Assembly: GCA_051362555.1 (NCBI GenBank)
Contig: CM120643.1
Span: forward strand, 3,286,001 to 3,350,000
Direction of reading: 5' to 3'
DNA length: 64,000 nucleotides
From: Lingula anatina
Taxonomy: Eukaryota > Animalia > Brachiopoda
Shown here one piece after another: positions 53,591-64,000 of this stretch (the first letter of the stretch is position 1; the number at the start of each line of letters is the position of its first letter). The position numbers were made by a program, and so were the translations under genes. The notes beneath the pieces were generated by a model. It had not been told where the DNA came from, did no database searches, and saw only the letters and a list, made by a program, of their open reading frames with translations.

Positions 53591-54859
53591 TTACAACACA
53601 GTTTCGATGATGTGAGTTTCTTGATATTTCTGTTCAGTGTTGTCTATAAGAGCCATTGTTTGGCCAACAGCAGTTTGTGGGTGCTGTCCTTCATTGATGT
53701 TTTTTGACCCAACGATAAGAGTGATTGTCTTAAGTTTGCCAAATATCTTTTATGAATTCCTTTGCATCATTGGTTTTCTTGCCACTCATGCAAAGCATTT
53801 ACTTCTAGAATATGGATAGAGTCTATTAGCAGATAATTCTTTTCCATGGAGGTTGCTTTATACAACATTTTCATAAATTGCTGTTTTTTCCATTGGGTTC
53901 GTGGGTACTCCATCTTGTGCTAGGTGTGAATGCTTTGTTGGTGCTGTCGTCCTGTTGAGCTTCACAGATGACTTCAAGATTTAAGAAAATGTAATGTTAT
54001 AGCAAATAACTAAATTTTGAGTCCTCAACAATCTCAATTTTTCTCTTTTTTTCTGGGGTTGTGATAAAATCAAAGACCCAAGCACAACTTTAAGCAACTC
54101 TTTTTCTTTCTCTTTTCTTTTGTAACAGAAATCCCATCTTGGTAAAAGTTTTATTTTCTTCCAGAGAGATCACTGAAGATCAACAATTACAAAACACATT
54201 TATCAATCTAAATCAAATAAAGTATATGCTTGTCTTTTGCACCAGAAAGAGAATTTAAAGAAAAAATTGGAAATGGACTTCCTTAGTTAACCTGGTCAGC
54301 GAATCCCCCATGCTGATCCAGCATGAGAAATGACAAAGAACCTTCATGGAAATTTGACCTAGAATGGACCTTTTCATGGCAAAAAGGACAGCTCATTCAA
54401 GCCCCCTAACCTCTCCCCCCCCCCCCCCCCCAAGCTATGAGCCTGTAGAATTATTGTAAAAAATACAAATTTTGTCAAAATAAATCTTGTAAATAACACA
54501 CCTACTGAAGCTTTTTAGATTTCTTCAACTGAATAAAATAAATTTAAATTAATTCAAATGCATTATGCATAAGTTTGACTGTTGAAATTTTCACCGATAA
54601 TTACAATTAAAAAAATGAAAAATAAAACTGTCTATATTTGCTTTTCACTGTACTACTGCATTATAATAACACCCATAAGCAATTCAGTTTCATATGAAAA
54701 GGAATAAAAACTAAATGCACTGTATTCATATTATACAAAATGTGTCTGTTCAGTTCATGATTCCCAACCGAGTGCCCTCAACTGCTGAACCTGACGCTGA
54801 ATTAAAAATCTTGTTACAACATTCTTAACTACATGTCTCCTCATCTGCCTGATCTGTTT

Positions 54860-55458
54860 CATCCTCTTTTTGTAGACGGCTACATTTGTTCAAAGTGGAG
54901 AGTCTTGAAAACTAGCTGGAAACCTGATGGGTTGTGAGCCAGTCCTCTTTTGTAAACTGCTTTCTGCGATTGAGTGCATCGATTTACTGAAAGTTTCGAT
55001 GTCTGTGCAACATGTGATGGTTGTTCTTTCCTCCCAGTTTCAAGTCCTCTGTTGAATTCTGCCAGCAAAAATTGCTTAATTCCCTGAGAGTATCATTTAG
55101 CACTTCTTGGGACCTTCAAGGTCCAGCCAGCTGGGAGGTCCCTCCTGTCCCCAGGTGCTAGAGGCTAGCACACTTTCAGAAGTGCTGCTCGTTTTCACTC
55201 CGCCCAATCTTTGGGCCCACTTGGACCTAACGAGGTCATATCCAGCCTGTTCAAACAGATGCTGACCTGCAGCAGTATGGGTTGTAAGTTCTTCCTCATG
55301 AAGTTAGAAAGGACTTCATATATGTAGCCTGGTTCCAGACACCTGAACCTGGGAGCATCAGTAGGTGGTCTCCTCCAACCAGGCACACCTGTTGCTACTT
55401 TTGGTTTGGAAAATGGCGTCATCAATAGTAGATCTAGCTGTGCTTGCAATAAGTTCAA
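54860..55458 (-). pseudogene. C-terminal relic of a large DNA transposase, probably Sola3-like
   Basis: LPAGWTLK..YSQGIKQFLLAEFNRGLETGRKEQPSHVA../FTKEDWLTTHQVSS*FSRL matches the remembered GWALK..F..G..TG.K.DP..V..LT..QI.SYFSRL pattern. Stops and a frameshift are present. Confidence 0.55.
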
Positions 55459-57739
55459 CGACTTGCTTGCTTTCTTACATTGGCTTTATTGTGCAGGTGA
55501 AAAATGTCTGAAAAAAATTTAAAAAGATAAAATAATAAGTTGATAATTACTTACTTTGACATATTTGCTGCAGATAGAGGGAATTGAGAGAGTTGTCTGA
55601 GGGCGTGTCTCAGGTAAGCACGAGGTGTGAAACTGGGGGAACTCTTGCTGCAGCCAACGTGACTCCATTGAACCCCAAACATATGTGAGATATTCAACAT
55701 TTGTCTGCCACTGGTTGGGTGGGTGATGCCAAAGTTGCTCACTTGCTGTTTGTCCAGAGTCCAGATAGTACTGGCTGAGGAGCAGGGTAGCATGGTATAG
55801 TAGCAGTAGGTGTAGGAATTAGGGGAATCAGGAAGTGGCAAATGGAAGTTGCTGTAATCTACCTGCTGTATCATTCTTATCTCTGTAGCGCCACAGCAAC
55901 TGCATCATGCCTTTCTGACAGCATCGCCAACATTCAGTATTAAAAGTCATAAGTGTAGACCTTACAAATCAGCAAATCCCATACAGAAAAAGAATTTACA
56001 GTAATTTCAAAACTTTTTTCCCATTTGCAAAAGATTTATACAACAGCACTAAAAAAATTTTCACCATTTGTGGCTTACAACTCCCAAAACTAAGATCAGT
56101 GAAAATTGAATTTTCTGTTTTTATCCTCTCCTGATATGGCCATTCATTTATCAGACTTTGAACTCTTAGATATTGGAACCCCATATGTATTCATTGATAA
56201 TGATAGGTTATATGGATAGCTTGAAGAAAGTGGCCCACCTTAAACGGAAAACTAGACTACAATAAATTTGTCCATCATTGATATCTTCAATATTGCCAGG
56301 TCTTTTTTTTCTCTGAAAATGATATTGCTATTTTTGAAAAAACTTGGTTTCGCAAACATTTTCTGAATTTGTTGTTGAACAAAACCGGTGAAGCACTAGC
56401 TCTTAGCTGCTCTTGTACTTACATTCTTGTTGCACATTGTATTGGGACCTACTCGATAGTTCAAATCAACTCCTAGCTGTCATACACTGAGATTTTTTAG
56501 TGAGAACAGTAGTAATGCTTTACAACTGGGGAATTGAAAAAAGAAAAATATTTCTTAAAATGGAATAAGCTTTTCATTCCTGGTGGGCCTGCAAGCAGTG
56601 GGCATTGATCATGATGAGAGTCAAAAGGTTATAAATAGCTGGTTTCCACTGATATAGCGTGATCTGGTATAAAGCAGTACCATGCTTAATTGTACAGCTG
56701 TGTGGTTAGGATAAGTTGGATGATGTGTGGGTTCATCTGAGGAGGGCCCAGTATTTGAGTGCTTGTTTTACCATCTTTATACTTCTATCTGAATTGCTGT
56801 CTTCATCATCCTCACTGAAGGAGAGTTCTGAATCTGCAGGTGTCTCTTCACGATCAGAAATTCTGTGGAGAAATTCATCCAATTGTTTCTGAAACACCAG
56901 CAGCATCTTTTCAGATGTTTGTGACTGGTTTGGAATTTTTTTATTTTCTTGCACAGCTTGGGTCTCATTCTGCCAAGAAGGTCAAATCCCTTGCTTACAA
57001 AAATGTAAAAGATTAAATGATTTAGATGTAAAAATGAAGTATTGAATTTGATATGTTTTATATCACCAAATATTGCATGTGGGTATCTTTTGGCTTATTA
57101 ACTCAAAATAACATTTTAGCTCTTTGGAAAATTAAACCATTTGACAAAAAGAAAGGGAAAAATCAAAGATGGATGCCAATTTATGGTTATATTATTTAAA
57201 AGCATTTGCTATAAGGAGTTTGCCATAAAAAGCTTTTTTTTTATATTTTTGCTATCATATGGAGCCATTGTCCTTGTCCATATTAAGACCAAGATCAAGG
57301 CTATTCTCAAGGTCATTCTCAAGTAACTTATTTGCCCAAAACTATTTTACATGAAACACATTGATTCAAATTACTTGTCTTTCATTTTGACATACATTGT
57401 ACTTGTATTGTACTTTGTACAATGTAAGAACCCCCCCCCCAAAAAAAAAAAGAACAAGAAAAGACTTGCAAATATTTGAAAACATGTATTTTGTATATAC
57501 ATGTAAATCAAAATTTGATGTCATATATCTCATGATGAGGTACATGTTTCTTTGGGGGTTAAGTACAAAATTCAGAACTCCCGACCCAAATTCATGTTTT
57601 CATTGGTATTTGTCATCTTTTAAATGTATGGAAGGCTTAATTACTTTGTATGCCTATTTAATGGAACTTAATTACTGTTTATTCAGAGCAGCTGCATCTA
57701 CAAAAAAAGAGCACATAGTAGATTTGCACGTAAACTGGT

Positions 57740-59420
57740 TTATTTCCTACCTATGTTGCATCACAACCCGAGTTGAAACACAGATAAAGTTGACACATTG
57801 ATTTGACATGGCCAAAGCTGCTGCAAATGGCATTGATGACATGCCTGCAGCGATTGCGATTTTCCCTGCTGACAAGAGCTTTAAATTTTTTGTGTGCTCA
57901 TATGAAATTCCATTTACTGAATTCTTATTCCTAAGGGTGCCTAGAACCCCGCTGATTGAGTGTATTGTCCTATAATGAATTTTCAGAGATTATGAAAAAA
58001 AAAAAGAATTTCTTGCTAAACGTGCCCACCTCTGTGACAATGGGCATACAATAATTATCTCTCAAAGATAGGGCATGGCATGGCATGTTGGCTTGTTCAC
58101 TGTACATTGCAATCAGGCACAACAAACTAGTAACCATTTGACAGCTCCAAAGTCAAAAAGACCTTTGGATGTCAAAAAAGAATACATTTTTGTTGTATCT
58201 TATAGGTCTTGGGGAGGGGGGTTGTAGGCATTTCAATTTGACAGTTACTTTCTTTTTTACATATCTCAGTTCCTGTGTTTTCACTTGAGGACGATTTGGG
58301 GGTGTCAGGAAGATATGTGTTCTATACTACATCTTTTGTTCAACTGCCTGTCCAAAAAGGCAGGAGAATATTGCCAGTATAATTATCAAATGTGATGTCA
58401 CTGGCAGGAAGACTTTGGACTGCACCAGCTGGTATCTTACAGTCATATGTTGATGGTGGATCTGGTTGTTCACATGGCTCGGGGGCTTTATGACAGGTAC
58501 AACTTACTTCTAGCTTTCTGATGTCTGAAGCTTTCCAATGTCTGGAAGTGAAGGCGGGAGTGACTGGTCCATCTTAAGGACAAAAAAATTTCCTAGAAGT
58601 CACAATCAAAGTTTTGCATTGAAATGTAGAATTGACGATATGGTCCTATTTTCTTTAGAACTTTGATTCTGTAATCTTTCTTACTAGTAATTATCTTTCT
58701 ATTGCCTTTTATGAAGAGTGCTGAGTAATTTTTCTTGTCAAATAATTGAATGGACAGTGTTTCCATAAAAGAAACCATCCAAAGAAACTGCTGGTATTGT
58801 TTCTAGCATGTCCATCTGAAAACTGCCCAGTTCTCAGTCAAATCTAAATCTTGGTCTGTATCTTTTTACCTTATTGTTCTCCTGCTCGTGAGCCTGATTG
58901 AATGGGATGACTGGAAAATTTTGGCTGTTTCAAAAAAGACCCAGTTTGAAGCATTATTCAGTCCTGCACAGCAGAGACTTAAGGACAGACACCTACCTGG
59001 CCAGGTAAACATGGACCAAGGTAAAGAAAAGGGTGCTGCCTGATCCATTGCTTCAACATGAAAGGGAAATATTTTATCCTTATGGGCTCTGCTACACAGT
59101 AGAATGAAGGTTTCAAAATTTCATGATCTGATCCTAGAGCATGAGTGTTGGCCAGATTCTTTTGCAGCAAGTTTTTTCTCTAAGCTGATTTTTTCACATG
59201 AGTAGTAACTAAGTTTCCTACACTAGGCTCTGTAGGCTCTGTATGTCTGTCCGAGACTTTGGCCATTAATTACTATTGCACTCACTCAGGCAAATAGTGG
59301 CTGATCAAATATGGTTACTGTGACTGTGAGTTGGCCTGGATTCAGATGATCAACTGTTCGGCCATAAACATCCATGCCATGCTTTATTTGATTGCTTTTA
59401 TTGTGGATTTTGAAGTCCAT
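57740..59420 (-). pseudogene. decayed Academ-like transposase
   Basis: Ordered frameshifted motifs IKHGMDV..HLNPGQ..FDQPLFA (~59340), FFTLVHVYLAR* (cf. FFALDHxNYARW), IPFNQAHEQENNKVK..LTEN (~58880), INAICSSFG..SGCDAT (XPG-like, ~57770). Confidence 0.7.
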
Positions 59421-59618
59421 AATTAATTGACTTTGGCCTCATTTGTACAATTTTCATATATACATGTAGAATGTGCATAATTGAAAACATGCATTTGTCA
59501 AGAAAATTGCAGCAGTAAAAAAAGTGACAAAAAATAAAGCTCCTGTTTTATCACAAATTTTCTGACTTTTTGCATATGTTGTTAAAGCAGGTTTCTTTCG
59601 AAATTCAGCGTGATTCAA

Positions 59619-61364
59619 TTATTGTACCACCAGCGTAGGCGCTGGCGGTACCCATGGTTTTAGTCCCGACCCGTATGTTCCGCCGGTTCCTGCGGCTCCG
59701 CCGCCAAGTCACCGTTACCGCTTCTCCTCCTAGACGGTAAAGGCCTCTGTACCCATCTCTTGGATTTAGGTCACCTATAATCTCAACTCGTTCCACGTAA
59801 AATTTGGGCTTTGTCGGTATTGGGGTCTAGGTGTGGCACTCATTGCAATGCACCCTTGTCTAAAAATGGCAAAATTAAATGCTAATTATCTACCCTACGG
59901 AAGGAGTTATGGGAAAAAATTCTACAGACAGCTTTCCAAAAGTCATATGTGTAGATTTCAAATATGCCCTTGGATTTGACCTTTGACCTTTATTTCAAGG
60001 TCAAACGGGCCAAAATTTTCAAAAAAATGAAATTTTTTACGAAAAAAAAATTTTTTTCCCTGTTATTCAGATACCACACAGATTTAACCAATAATATTAT
60101 TGGAAAGTGTAACCCTTTGGGTCATCTTTCATCTCCGTGAATTTGGGGTCAATCGGTGCATTTTCACGGGAGTAGCGGCCATAAAGTACCGAAACTGAAA
60201 ACTGTCTCTAATTCGGGAACCGTTAATGCTAGAGACCCATTCTTTTTTGCATTTTGTAGAGCATGTAAAGCCCAACACTGAAGGTGGTCTCCATTTTTTT
60301 GTAATCCATACGGTTTTCAAGTTACGCTGTATCAAAAAGTACATATTGGTGGTGAAAGCAAAATGTGCAGTACGGTAATGGATAATAAATTTTGAACTCT
60401 GGAAAAATAATACATAAGGCTTGGCAAAGCAGACAACTTGTGGTCAAAAATGACATTATTTCATCAAATTTGAACTTCTGGAACTTCAGAGCACCTCCTA
60501 TTTTAAGAATTTTGACCAAAATTATGTTTTCTTTATTTTAATTAATCTTTTCTGTAGGAAATTTATGGCACATTATGGTAACTCCAAAATTATAACATTT
60601 AGTCCCTTATATCTCCAAAACTGGCAGAGATAGGTCCATAGTTACTATTGAAGTTGAATAGGAAGTCATATACTGGCAATCCAAATGTGACCTTGAAATT
60701 GACCTTTGACCTACTTTTCACCATGAACTGAACTTTGCAAATTTTGCTTCCCTTTTATCTCCAAAACTGGCAGAGATATGTCCATAGTTTCTATGGAACT
60801 TGAATAGGAAGTCATATACTGGCAATCTAAATGTGACCTTAAAATTGACCTTTGACCCACTTTTTATCATGAATTGAACTTTGCAAATTTTGGTTCCCTT
60901 TTATCTCCAAAACTAGCGAGATAGGTCCATGGTTACTGTTGAACTTGAATAGGAAGTCATATACTGGCAATCTAAGTGTGACCTTTAAATTGACCTTTGA
61001 TCTACTTATTATCATGAACTGAACTCTGCTAATTTCTTTCTCTTTTAACTCCAAACCTGGCAGAGATAGGTCCATAGTTACTATTGAACTTGAATAGGAA
61101 GTCATATACTGGCAATTTACTGGGACCTTGAAAATGACCTTTCACCTACCTTACGATGAACTTAAATTTGATTGTACCATTTTTAGTTTCATATATTTTT
61201 TGCATATATTGAAAATTCTTGTTGATTGCATGTTTACAGCTTGTCAAGCACAAGACTGGTGGCTGTGTCCCTTATTTTGTGTATGTGGGGGTCTATACGA
61301 ATGCGATTGCTCCAGCTGGTGGTACAATATTCGGAGGCGGTATCGCCTCTCTGATCTTCTAGTT
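59619..61364 (+). mobile_element. complete non-autonomous Helentron-associated element (HINE), family B
   Basis: 5' attgtaccaccagcg-tagg-cgctggcggtac hairpin, four ~146 bp repeats with TGACCTTTGACC (60611, 60757, 60903, 61047), 3' subterminal gctggtggtacaat, stem-loop gaggcg-gtat-cgcctc, CTAGTT end, TT at both ends. Confidence 0.85.
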
Positions 61365-61618
61365 TCAACTGAAGTTCTTCGTTAATTTTTATTTTTACAT
61401 GTTTTACATGTCTTTTGCTATTAGTGTTTGCCCCATAATTACAAAGCCATTTTTATTTTTACTTAAATTTTGCTGTCTGGCTATATGTTGATAAAGGCAG
61501 CTTCATATCAAAAATCAGCCTGATTGAATTATTCTTGTGTAATTTTATTTCTTTTATTGTATTTTTACATCATTTTAGACATGAGCTTTATCAGAATTTT
61601 GTGACCTCACAGCATCTA

Positions 61619-61649
<31 letters not shown>

Positions 61650-62334
61650 ATAATAATAATAATTCACGTTCTTTGTCACGGTAGTTTCCTTATGTCGAAC
61701 CAAGGCCCTGTCTATCTCTTTACTTCAAATTTGAGTGAATTTGATTGTAATTAAGGCAGGATTATTTGAAAATCATTTTTAAATATCTTGCAAAATTGTT
61801 TTTTTTTTAAGATATTGTTGCAAAGCTTTATTTATTTATTCATTCATTAATTTATTACTTGCTGTTTGTTATCTGCATATTTAACAGCTTTGCTGTCTAG
61901 TATCATTATGGATCAAATGCACTTTTAGCATTTGTCTTTCAATTTGCCCTTGAACCAGTACATTCAGTAGAAAATATATAGGGTAGATAGTTGCCTAAGG
62001 CACCAGAAGTAGGTTAATTTCTTTATTGAGAACTATCTGAGATATGTACATTTTTTAATAGAACTCCAAAAATTGGTGACCATCTTGAACGACACTGAAT
62101 ATGCCCAAATGGAGTAGTTCTCCAGAGTTAGGAGGCTAGTATGATCATGTATGTCAAAAGGAAACTACCTGCAAAATTTGGTGCTTGATGTAGCCAGTCA
62201 TCAATAATTATAATAATAAATTATAATATTTGTTATTGCAACCCAATGGGTTCAGACATACATAATATGATAAAATGAAATGTTATATGTTTGAATGAAA
62301 TTAAGTTGAAAGACTGTTATTTGAGCTATTAAAT

Positions 62335-62371
<37 letters not shown>

Positions 62372-63186
62372 AACGCGAGGGGTCGGGCCCGAGCGACCGC
62401 GACACCCAAGCGCGGCGTGGGAACTTGGGTGTTTCTTAGGGAAAGTATATCCCTGTCCTTCAGAAATAAAGAGGCAAATTTATGTTTTAATAAATTTTAT
62501 TAAACGGATAAATCGACCATAAAATTCTCAAGTCATTGGTGACTATCACATGACTTATTGTCATAAATGTATATAAAATTGAGAAGTTGGCATTGCGCGT
62601 AGTGTGAGATGACATCTGAGATGGAGTCGACCTCGTTGACGGCACTGCTGCGTTGGATGGCATCATTAATGGAATCGGGTAGCGTGCGATGACATCTGGT
62701 ATCTCTGGTGGTAACTATGCGAAGGATGGCCTCGTTGACGGCACCGCGTTGGATGGCATCGTTGATGGACGTCGTTGACCCTCACTTTGTTTCTTCTTGG
62801 TATCAGCTGGCTGAATAAGGTATCTGGTGTTCCCAATGGGATAACTAAGGAAACTAAAATAAAAACTACCCCCAAGTCTCATGGAGGATTTCACCGGGCA
62901 CTTGGACTGGAACATCATCAACAGCACCAAGTTGACGTCTGCGCCGATGGCGCCCCGGACCCGTACGGCCTTTCACCCGAGGATGAGATGTGCACTTCTC
63001 TTCGCCATCAAAACCAGCAGCAACCTTGGCCAGGAACCTGTCAACTGCACCCCAAGGTCTTGGCCAGGAACTTGTCAACTGCAGCCAAGGGACCAATTCC
63101 TACATGCTGGAACCCCTCCTCACCAGGAAAAACACCTCCATATTCAGTCAGCCGACTGTCCACTTAAAAACTTAATAATTGCTAGG

Positions 63187-63570
63187 AGCACTTATATTAA
63201 AGAGAGAGTGCTGCCCTCTAAAAAACTCACTGATCTAACTTTGTAAAACCATAGCTAAATAAGCTTGCCAATCACCTTATTTGTTAAAAGCATAAACCAC
63301 TTGACTTAGGTAACTTAACGAATTCTCTGACCTTAGCACTTTATTAAAGAGAGGGTGCCACTCTCTGAAAAGCTCACAAATCTAACCTTGTATGACCATA
63401 GTTACATCAGCTTGCCAGTCGCCTTACTTGATAAAGGCATAAACTTGGCGGTATAAGTCCACCCTTCTAATTACGTAACTTAATGAATTCTCTGACCTTA
63501 GCACTTTATTAAAGAGAGGGTGCCACTCTCTGAAAAGCTCACAAATCTAACCTTGTATGACCATAGTTGA
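63187..63570. repeat. three tandem units of ~148-165 bp
   Basis: agcactt.attaaagagag.gtgc..ctcac..atctaac.ttgta..accatag at 63187, 63335 and 63500. Confidence 0.8.
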
Positions 63571-63579
63571 ATAAGCTTT

Positions 63580-63932
63580 GATCTCATAGAGATAACCCAT
63601 TAAGATAACCTGAGATAACCTATAGAGATAACCTAGGATAACATGTTCTCTTATAGAGATAACCTGTTAAGATAACTTAAGATAACCTATAGAGATAACC
63701 TAAGATAACATGTTCTCTTATAGAGATAACCTGTTAAGATAACTTAAGATAACCTATAGAGATAACCTGAGATAACCTTTGATCTTATAGAGATAACCCA
63801 TTAAGATTATCTAAGATAACCTATAGAGATAACCTTAGATAACATGTTCTCTTATAGAGATAACCTGTTAAGATAACTTAAGATAACCTATAGAGATAAC
63901 CTGCGATAACCTTTGATCTTATAGAGATAACT
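63580..63932. repeat. GATAACC-based minisatellite with ~66 bp higher-order period
   Basis: Repeated tagagataacc / taagataac sub-units. Confidence 0.85.
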
Positions 63933-64000
63933 ACAGTAACATAGACGAACAGGTAAAAGAGAAAAAAAAAAAAAATTAACTGAACATCACTTAATTACTT

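Larger units (their letters stand above)
62369..64000. mobile_element. probable element end starting TGTAAC (LTR- or Ginger-like) directly after (TA)n; runs off the window
   Basis: Abrupt composition change at TGTAACGCG after the microsatellite 62338-62368, with internal tandem repeats. The other end is not visible. Confidence 0.35.

Noticed and set aside
53600-54250. Possible Penelope-like N-terminal relic adjoining the LINE
   Set aside because: Only weak fragmentary motifs, too degraded to call without a profile search.
56733-56968. Acidic ORF with FQKQLDEFLHRISD, possible exon or LINE tail
   Set aside because: Frameshifted, with no convincing splice pair or assignable family.
62775-63246. 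Overlapping 121-130 aa ORFs
   Set aside because: Open in several frames owing to GC-rich repetitive sequence, with no recognisable gag, pol or host motif.

Overview
AT-rich animal genomic DNA, an invertebrate and probably a mollusc or other lophotrochozoan (inferred from protein style and Helentron/HINE-type repeats). Host content: the last 15 coding exons of CNOT10 (+, 186-12978), two tandemly duplicated single-coding-exon class A GPCR genes (-), a truncated third GPCR 5' end, one tRNA-Gly(GCC) gene (-), and a possible first exon of an unknown gene near 50.0 kb. The rest is dense with transposable elements: HINE-type elements with ~146-161 bp internal repeats, several MITE families with readable target-site duplications (TSDs), and LINE, Tc1/mariner, Academ-like and Sola3-like relics. 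I found no intact novel multi-gene system. The most unusual structure is a 3.36 kb foldback-type element (36291-39654) with inverted 17-18 bp repeat arrays and a perfect 8-bp TSD enclosing unrelated DNA. All family assignments come from remembered motifs, not database searches.
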